A stretch of DNA of 64,000 nt, from contig JABLXX010000001.1 of assembly GCA_013177825.1 (NCBI GenBank), positions 208,936-272,935 on the forward strand. The letters run 5' to 3'. The notes under the pieces are model-generated. The model saw nothing but the letters and a program-made list of their open reading frames with translations, searched no databases and was not told the DNA's origin. The position numbers were made by a program, and so were the translations under genes. Of the stretch, positions 57,930 through 64,000 are shown piece by piece (within the stretch, counting starts at the first letter, position 1; the number at the start of each line of letters is the position of its first letter). Source of the stretch: Syntrophaceae bacterium. GTDB taxonomy: Bacteria > Desulfobacterota > Syntrophia > Syntrophales > PHBD01.

Positions 57930-57958
57930 CTTATACGCGGGATCCCCCCGCTTGTCAA
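57930..57958 (-). promoter_or_regulatory. Sigma70-type promoter for tRNA-Leu
   Basis: Minus strand TTGACA (57958-57953), 17-nt spacer, TATAAG (57935-57930), placing the TSS a few nt before the mature tRNA 5-prime end. Confidence 0.5.
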
Positions 57959-58321
57959 TGAAGGGTTCCCCGGCGGACAGCATTCCGGATAACCGCCGGG
58001 AACGCTCCCCTCATGAAAGCTGTGCAACGAAGCGGTCTCCCTTCCGGCCGCTCCGGCTTCACGGGAATTTACCGGAAGGGATGTCCCGCAGGCGGGGCGC
58101 ACAATATGCCAGACCGTCCGGACGGTCAAGCCGAAATCTCCGCTACCGCTCCCGTTCCTTCTTGTGAATCAATAGCTTCCACCCTCTTGAAGGGTCACAG
58201 AACACCGGCCCCGTCCAGCCGGCGACGGTTTGTTGCCTTGATCCCCCGAGCCGTGTTATTGAGTGCAAGTGGTCGATCGGATTGAGCAAACCATTGTCAG
58301 AATTTCTGAAAGGTGCAATGG

Positions 58322-59023
58322 ATGGGTTCCTTGGGCTGGATAAAACGAATTCTCTTTTCTTTTCTTCTCGTTGCCGCCTCCTGCGGCCTTGTCTCGGCTG
58401 CGCCTTCACACACACCGGAGTCTGCGGATGCCGTCAAAGAGGCCTCCCCCTGCCCCTCCCCGGCCAGGATTCTCATCGCCTACTGCAGCAAGTACGGCAG
58501 CACGCGCCAGTACGCCCTCTGGCTTGGTGAGCGCATTCCCGCCGATCTCGCAGAACTGGGCAAGGATGATCCGGACATCTCCCGTTACGATGTCGTCGTG
58601 ATCGGAAGCTATGTAAGGATAGGACGGATCGTTGCCGCCTCCTTCATCGAGAAGATGTGGCCGCTCCTCAGGGACAAAAAGATCATTCTCTTCACCGTTT
58701 CAGGAACTCCTCCCGATCATCCTGCTCTTGCGGAATCCTACAAACGGAGCATCCCTTCCGAAATGAGAAGCAAAATGGTCCACTTCGCCCTCCCGGGCCG
58801 GCTGATTCGAGAAAACCTGAGCCTCTTCGACCGAATCCTGCTCTTCTTCGGCCGATCCTTTGAAAAGGACGAAGTCATGCGCAAGACCATGGAGGAAGAC
58901 TACGATCATGTGCGCCGTGAGAATCTGCAATCTCTGGTTTCCGACATCCGGAAAATCACCGACTCTGCATGCAGCCGGCAACGCATCGATAACACAGGCG
59001 ATACAAACGGAACGAAACCTTGA
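58322..59023 (+). CDS. Flavodoxin-fold protein (HemG-like flavodoxin_5 family) with an N-terminal signal/anchor sequence
   Basis: MGSLGWIKRILFSFLLVAASCGLVSA (signal peptide, possible lipobox), then ILIAYCSKYGSTRQYALWL...YDVVVIGSYV. ATG at 58322 preferred (AAGGTG upstream). Confidence 0.65.
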   Translation: MGSLGWIKRILFSFLLVAASCGLVSAAPSHTPESADAVKEASPCPSPARILIAYCSKYGSTRQYALWLGERIPADLAELGKDDPDISRYDVVVIGSYVRIGRIVAASFIEKMWPLLRDKKIILFTVSGTPPDHPALAESYKRSIPSEMRSKMVHFALPGRLIRENLSLFDRILLFFGRSFEKDEVMRKTMEEDYDHVRRENLQSLVSDIRKITDSACSRQRIDNTGDTNGTKP

Positions 59024-59339
59024 GATGCAGGACCGCAAGTACGATCCTTCTCATTTGTGATTCAGACCAATCCATGGATAATCCCGATGCTGTCTGGGGT
59101 CCTGGAGCATCTAAAAATCGATTCCGTCCAACTTGAATCCGCGGGAAGATCAATCATCGGGTTGACTTGCCGAGCCAATTTCAGTAGGGTTCGTTTTGAT
59201 TTCCGCATTTTGCACGCACTGAAAGGAATAACCCGGCGCAGGCTTTTTTAATGCTACGCATCGGCCTTGCGACCCGGAAGCGGAATCCGCTCTTCACTGG
59301 ACAGGGATCCGCATTCCACTGCTTCGATCGGGTGAACTG

Positions 59340-60983
59340 ATGGCGCTGGTAAAATCCGTGGCGGGGAACAAGTCCAGAAAAATCTTTCTTGTTTTTTTCA
59401 TTCTCTCTTCCCTTCTCCCCATCTTTTTCATGACTTACATGATCTATGAATACATCCTTCCCCAAGCGGGCACGAGGGATATCGAGGATATCAAACAAGC
59501 GATCATATTCGGCCTTCTTGTGATGCTCCCGCTGCCGCTGGTCAGTTTCCTGCTCATGTCCCGCTGGATCGGTTCGCTGGAAGTCGTAACCGGCGAGATC
59601 CAGGCAAGATCGACGGAGGTCGCGGAAGGCAGGATCGCCTTCTCCGACCAGGGCATCGACGTTCAACAAAAGGTACCGAAAGAAATTCTGGTTCGGGAAG
59701 AAAATTCGAGTCGTGACAATGAAATCCGGGTCCTGATCGACTCTTTCAACACCGTTTTCCAGACTGCGGCGGACCAGATTGCGGAGCGCCAGCGCCTTCG
59801 GGAACTGCTGGCCAAATTGATCGCCATTGCCTCCGATCTGACCTCGGAGCTGGACTTCGACCGCCTTTTTCCGCTCATCGTCGGCGAAGTAACGGCGGTG
59901 ATGGGGGCGGAGCGAACCAGCCTGTATGTCATTGATTGGGAGCGCCACGAGATATGGACGAAAGTCGCCGAGGGAATTCCGCCCATCCGCCTGCCCTTCG
60001 GCAAGGGGATCAGCGGCCGCGTTGCCCAGACCGGAGAAACCATCAATGCCGCCGACGCCTGGGAACTACCCTATTTTGATCGCACCTTCGATGAAAAGAA
60101 CAATTTTCGGACCCGATCCGTCCTTTGTGTGCCGATCAAGGGCCGGCTGGGGGAGCGGATTGGCGTTCTGCAGGTCATCAACAAGCTGGATCGGAAGCAA
60201 TATTTCGACCTGGAGGACGAGGTCTTCATGAACGCTCTCGGCTCCCAGGTAGGGATCTCCCTGGAAAACTCCCTGCTCGTGGAAGAGGTCCGTCTCTCCT
60301 TCACGAGTTTCGTCGTCACCCTGTCCGCCATCGTCGACGCCCGCCATCCCTTCACGGCCGGCCATTCGGAACGAGTCACCGAATATTCTCTGCTGATCGC
60401 GTCGGATCTGAAGCGCCTGTCCATCGATCGTGAAGCCCTGCGTTACGCCGCCATGCTTCACGACATCGGCAAGATCGGGGTGAGCGATGCGGTCCTTCTG
60501 AAAAATGGTCCGTATACAGAAGAGGAACGGGACGAGATGAACAAGCATCCGGTCATGACGCGGAGCATCCTGGAGAAGTTCCGGTTTCCCAGAGCTCTGT
60601 CCCGGGTGCCCGTCATCGCCTGCTATCATCATGAAAAGATGAACGGGCAGGGATATCCCGACGGATTGAAGGGGGAACAGATCCCCATGGAATCGAGGAT
60701 CATCGCCGTAGCCGACGTCTTCGACGCCCTGACCTCAAAGCGGGATTATCCCAAGTATGACGAGGATTCCCTGCTGACATCGGACCCGCTGCCGCTGGAA
60801 AAAGCGATCTCGATTCTTAAGGATGGATCCGGGAGCCAGTTCGATCCCAGCGTCGTGGAGAGTTTCCTGCGCTGCCTGCCCAAGGCCCTCATGATGTACC
60901 GGGGGGTTCATTTCGACCCCGAGTATGTCGATTCGTTTCTGCGGACCCGGGAACATGCGGATACGCGGGCAACGATCCACTGA
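59340..60983 (+). CDS. Membrane-anchored GAF / HD-GYP domain protein (candidate c-di-GMP phosphodiesterase)
   Basis: Two N-terminal TM segments, a GAF-like region (LFPLIVGEVTAVMGAERTSLYVID...) and an HD-GYP domain (HSERVTEY...MLHDIGKIGV...HHEKMNGQGYPDGL). Confidence 0.85.
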   Translation: MALVKSVAGNKSRKIFLVFFILSSLLPIFFMTYMIYEYILPQAGTRDIEDIKQAIIFGLLVMLPLPLVSFLLMSRWIGSLEVVTGEIQARSTEVAEGRIAFSDQGIDVQQKVPKEILVREENSSRDNEIRVLIDSFNTVFQTAADQIAERQRLRELLAKLIAIASDLTSELDFDRLFPLIVGEVTAVMGAERTSLYVIDWERHEIWTKVAEGIPPIRLPFGKGISGRVAQTGETINAADAWELPYFDRTFDEKNNFRTRSVLCVPIKGRLGERIGVLQVINKLDRKQYFDLEDEVFMNALGSQVGISLENSLLVEEVRLSFTSFVVTLSAIVDARHPFTAGHSERVTEYSLLIASDLKRLSIDREALRYAAMLHDIGKIGVSDAVLLKNGPYTEEERDEMNKHPVMTRSILEKFRFPRALSRVPVIACYHHEKMNGQGYPDGLKGEQIPMESRIIAVADVFDALTSKRDYPKYDEDSLLTSDPLPLEKAISILKDGSGSQFDPSVVESFLRCLPKALMMYRGVHFDPEYVDSFLRTREHADTRATIH

Positions 60984-61099
60984 TCCGTGTTCACCTTCAA
61001 CCTGCCGATCCCGTACGGAAACCCGAAAAAGAATCCAACTCCGGCCCTTGAATTCCCGCCTGCAGGTTCATTCTCCCGCAGCTGAACCGATCCCCATCC

Positions 61100-61837
61100 C
61101 TACAGCAGGCGGGTAACGGCGAAGCGGTCGTCCCGGTCTGCAAGGTTCAGGGCATGGTTCGGTGTAAGCAGCGAACTGGCTACATCCGGAAGATGCCTCC
61201 GGCTGACCGCCTCCGCCGCTGCCATCTGCTCCGGCGTCGGGGGCGGATAAGGCTGCCCGGGTACGGGGATGTATCCCATGATGTGAAACGGGATGTCACT
61301 GCTCACCGAAGACAGCCAGGCGGCGATCCCTTCCACCTGGTCGAGTTCCACGAGCCCCGGCACATAGACGACGTTCACCTTCAGTTTCATGCCCGCTTCG
61401 TGGGCGGCGGCCACATTGTCGAAAACCCGTTTCCGGTCCTGCCCCGTGACGGCCCGGTGGAGATCCTCGTCCCAGGCCTTGAGGCCGACGTTGGCCCCGT
61501 CCAGGTGCGGCAGGGGCAGCCTGCTGCCGTTCGTATGGCCCAGGCGGGTGCCGACCCGGAGTTCCTCCTTGGCGAAGCGGAGCATTTCCGGCAGATCCTT
61601 CGCCACGGTGGGTTCCCCTCCCATGAAAGACAGGTTCTCGATGGGCAGGCGGCGGAGGGCTTCCTTGATCTCCCCCGTCTCAAGGTAGCGCTCCGGAGCC
61701 GGAGATGCGAAGCCCGGCTTTCCCCCGGGACCGCTCCGCAGCTTGTAGCTGCACGTGGGGCAGCGGAAGGTGCATCCGTAATTGTGGACGGTCGCGAATC
61801 GGTGCTGCTTGTTGTAGGTCAGCTTGTAGAAGGCCAC
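61100..61837 (-). CDS. Radical SAM protein, PflA/NrdG-activase-like
   Basis: FATVHNYGCTFRCPTCSYK (CX3CX2C), SFMGGEPTV, and a C-terminal HIMGYIPVPGQPYPPPTPEQM tail resembling activase-type enzymes. Confidence 0.7.
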   Translation of the reverse strand: MAFYKLTYNKQHRFATVHNYGCTFRCPTCSYKLRSGPGGKPGFASPAPERYLETGEIKEALRRLPIENLSFMGGEPTVAKDLPEMLRFAKEELRVGTRLGHTNGSRLPLPHLDGANVGLKAWDEDLHRAVTGQDRKRVFDNVAAAHEAGMKLKVNVVYVPGLVELDQVEGIAAWLSSVSSDIPFHIMGYIPVPGQPYPPPTPEQMAAAEAVSRRHLPDVASSLLTPNHALNLADRDDRFAVTRLL

Positions 61838-61899
61838 GGTTCAGTCCTTTCTTGCATGGCGGTTCTGCGGCTTCGGACGGCCGCGCTCCTTGACGTTCA

Positions 61900-62520
61900 T
61901 CATATTCCCCCGTAGCGGGTGGCGCTGATGATGGGCTTACTGAGATACAGGCCCAGGGAGGCACCGATCATGGATCCCGCGATCCCCTGGGCCGTCTGGA
62001 CGGCGATGTACCAGGGCGCGAAGAACTGGTGCCAGATGAAAGGGGCGGAGAAGCAGTAGAAGTAGAGATAGACCGTCAGCCCACGCAGAAATCCCGCCCC
62101 CAGCGCGTTTTTCATGGAGCCCAGGTAATTCCCGGTGGCAAGGAAATAGAGCTCCAGGATGAAGCTTGCTAGGAGCGCGTAGGGCCACCACAGAGGATTG
62201 ATGCCGCTGGAGATCGTCTGGGCCAGGAGGCTGTGCCCGCAGATGATCAGGGTGGCCGTTCCCGCCCTGGGAATGAGACGGATGCCGATGAACAGCGTAG
62301 CCGTGTAGGGTATGGAAAAGAAGAACGACTGGATCAGGGGAACCCGGCTCAGGCCGAACTTGAACGGCAGGATGGCGATGTAGAGGAGGCTGCAGAACAG
62401 GGCCGCAGTAACCAGGTCCTGGATGCTGAAAGACGGAACCGCCCTGCGCGTCCACAGGATGTGGAAAAGGACGGCGCCCAGGACGGTAACGAGGATCAGC
62501 GAGCCGATGTAAAGGTTCAT
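61900..62520 (-). CDS. Integral membrane protein, ECF-transporter S-component-like (substrate unknown)
   Basis: 206 aa with about 6 hydrophobic helices. 4-nt overlap with the upstream ecfT-like gene. No diagnostic motif recognised. Confidence 0.45.
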   Translation of the reverse strand: MNLYIGSLILVTVLGAVLFHILWTRRAVPSFSIQDLVTAALFCSLLYIAILPFKFGLSRVPLIQSFFFSIPYTATLFIGIRLIPRAGTATLIICGHSLLAQTISSGINPLWWPYALLASFILELYFLATGNYLGSMKNALGAGFLRGLTVYLYFYCFSAPFIWHQFFAPWYIAVQTAQGIAGSMIGASLGLYLSKPIISATRYGGI

Positions 62521-63308
62521 GAGAAGGCCCCCTGGAACATAACGAGCAGGACCATTCCCGTCGTGGAAAAACCGAGAACGAGCCAGTCCCGCAGGGAAAA
62601 GCTCAACTCCCGCACCAGCGTCTTCTTACCCGTGAAAGCCCGGACCTCGGCGGCAAGGGCGATGCGCCGGGCGTTTCTCAGGCTGTCGATGATCAGCGGC
62701 GGCAGGAGGTAGCGGCAGGCCCGGAATCCCCCCCGCACGCCCTTCAGGTCGAGCCCGCGCAGCTTCTGGGCCAGCAGGATGCGGTTCGCCTCGTCGATCA
62801 GGGCGGGAAGGAAACGGATGCTGACCGTGACCAGGAATCCGATCCGCCCGGGCACGCCCAGCCTCTCCATGCCGAGCAGCAGATCGGACGGATACGTGGA
62901 CATGACGATGACGGCGCTCAGGAGCATGGCCGAAAACAGCCTGAGGCTCTGCAGCGCCCCGTACAGTAAACCTTCTCGGTAAATGGCGATCCCTCCAGTG
63001 ATTCTACCGAGGAGACCCGAATCGGGGGCCACAATTGTCAGGATGGCAGTCCGGGGCTCGAGGCCGTAAAAGAACCCCTGGGAGATCATGGTGAAGCACA
63101 GGGCCGTCGCCATGAGTACGGCCGTCGTGCGGACGGTTCCCCGGGCCGGCCGGAGCAGCCCGAAGGCTCCCAGGAGCATCGCGAACAGGAGAAAAAGACC
63201 GAACGGCGTCCGGAGCGCGACGATCATGACGGCCCCCAGCAGGCCCAGAACAATCTTGGCCCGCGGATCCAGATGGTGCAGAAAGGTCTCCCTATCCAGA
63301 TACTTCAT
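62517..63308 (-). CDS. ecfT: Energy-coupling factor transporter transmembrane (T) component, CbiQ/EcfT family
   Basis: MKYLDRETFLHHLDPRAKIV..., polytopic, with the conserved coupling-helix region SLRNARRIALAAEVRAF. Start set at 63308; the upstream ORF extension is not protein-like. Confidence 0.8.
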   Translation of the reverse strand: MKYLDRETFLHHLDPRAKIVLGLLGAVMIVALRTPFGLFLLFAMLLGAFGLLRPARGTVRTTAVLMATALCFTMISQGFFYGLEPRTAILTIVAPDSGLLGRITGGIAIYREGLLYGALQSLRLFSAMLLSAVIVMSTYPSDLLLGMERLGVPGRIGFLVTVSIRFLPALIDEANRILLAQKLRGLDLKGVRGGFRACRYLLPPLIIDSLRNARRIALAAEVRAFTGKKTLVRELSFSLRDWLVLGFSTTGMVLLVMFQGAFS

Positions 63309-64000
63309 CGTTTTCCGCCCCGCCGTCCCGCAGGATGATCCGGCGTTCGGCCACGGCGGCCGCCTTTTCATTGTGCGTCGTAAAGACGACCGTCCCGCCG
63401 TCCCCGGCATACTGGAAGATGAGGGAAAAGAGCCTGTGCCAGCTCCGGTCGTCCAGACCGGTTGTCGGCTCGTCGAGGAGGAGAATCTCCGGTCCCATGG
63501 CCATGACGGAAACCACGGCCAGGATCTGCCTCTGCCCCCGGGAGAGGGTCTGGGGATGGCGTTTGCGGAAGGCGCGCAGTCCGGCAATGTCGAGATAATA
63601 GGCCACGTCCGCTTTTCTGCCGAGCCGGGCGGGCCCGAAGGCGATCTCCTCTTCGACCGATCCCGCGAAAAGCTGTTCGTCCGGATTCTGGAAGAGAAAT
63701 CCCACGCGCCCCACCAGCGATTCCAGTTTCGGCCCGGGCATTCCCAGAACGGTGATCTTTCCGCGTTTGGGCTGAAGGAGTCCCCCCAGGATCTTCAGAA
63801 GGGTCGTTTTGCCGCTGCCGTTGTCGCCCAGCAGGGCGACGACCTCCCCGCGCATGATCTCGACGCTCAGCCCGGCCAGCACCTCCCCTCCCCCGCCATA
63901 ACGAAAATCGACGCCCTCAAGGGCAAGGACCGCCGGAGCAGTCGACGGGCCGACCTTCCTTCCCAGGACCGGGATATCGCCAGTCTCTCCGTTCCCGGAG
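63292..64000 (-). CDS. ecfA: ECF/ABC transporter ATPase (CbiO/EcfA type); the 5-prime end lies beyond the window
   Basis: Walker A GDNGSGKTT, signature LSRGQRQ, Walker B LLLDEPTTGLD. The frame stays open to position 64000 (…AVLALEGVDFRYGGGGEV…), so the gene is partial or is the second half of a fused double ATPase. Confidence 0.85.
   Translation of the reverse strand, partial: SGNGETGDIPVLGRKVGPSTAPAVLALEGVDFRYGGGGEVLAGLSVEIMRGEVVALLGDNGSGKTTLLKILGGLLQPKRGKITVLGMPGPKLESLVGRVGFLFQNPDEQLFAGSVEEEIAFGPARLGRKADVAYYLDIAGLRAFRKRHPQTLSRGQRQILAVVSVMAMGPEILLLDEPTTGLDDRSWHRLFSLIFQYAGDGGTVVFTTHNEKAAAVAERRIILRDGGAENDEVSG

Noticed and set aside
57960-58130. Possible SRP (4.5S) RNA, because of GCCGGAAGGGAG-like strings and several inverted repeats (CCGGCGG...CCGCCGG; GACCGTCCGGACGGTC)
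   Set aside because: The conserved SRP domain IV sequence (GGUCCGGAAGGAAGCAGCC-like) is not present on either strand. The repeats alone are insufficient. The region is left as unannotated intergenic sequence upstream of the tRNA-Leu promoter and the flavodoxin-like gene.

Overview
GC-rich, densely coding chromosomal segment with about 57 protein genes, 3 tRNAs and one Rho-independent terminator. I saw no rRNA, CRISPR array, transposase, integrase or phage genes. Gene content (indolepyruvate:ferredoxin oxidoreductase, paired acyl-CoA dehydrogenases with EtfBA, two [FeFe]-hydrogenase-family genes, four radical-SAM enzymes) suggests a strict anaerobe, perhaps a syntrophic deltaproteobacterium-like organism; this is inference only. 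Most of the window is housekeeping: dnaE, guaB, dtd, phoH-pgpH-ybeY, corC-lnt-prfB (with the classical +1 frameshift), tRNA-Val/Asp, tig-clpP-clpX-lon and tRNA-Leu. The most interesting locus is 32.0-39.7 kb. A sigma70-like promoter and a roughly 210-nt structured leader precede a 1146-aa chimera of a GltD/NfnB-like NAD(P)H oxidoreductase and a catalytic [FeFe] hydrogenase, whose N-terminal ferredoxin fold has lost all its cysteines. This is followed, with overlapping stop/start codons, by a small thioredoxin-like 2Fe-2S protein, a HydS-type sensory hydrogenase with a PAS domain, and a SpoIIE/PP2C phosphatase. A sensor-less 241-aa histidine-kinase core converges on the phosphatase gene. Secondary points of interest: (1) a MerR-HTH / PAS-like / class III nucleotidyl cyclase one-component protein divergent from a B12-radical-SAM gene, with a palindrome in the shared promoter region; (2) a polyprenyl-phosphate-sugar / GT-C envelope-modification cassette translationally coupled to iorAB; (3) a radical-SAM enzyme with a CX4CX2C motif; (4) an ECF transporter plus activase-like radical-SAM module cut by the window edge. 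All functional calls rest on motif reading of the supplied translations. No database search was possible.
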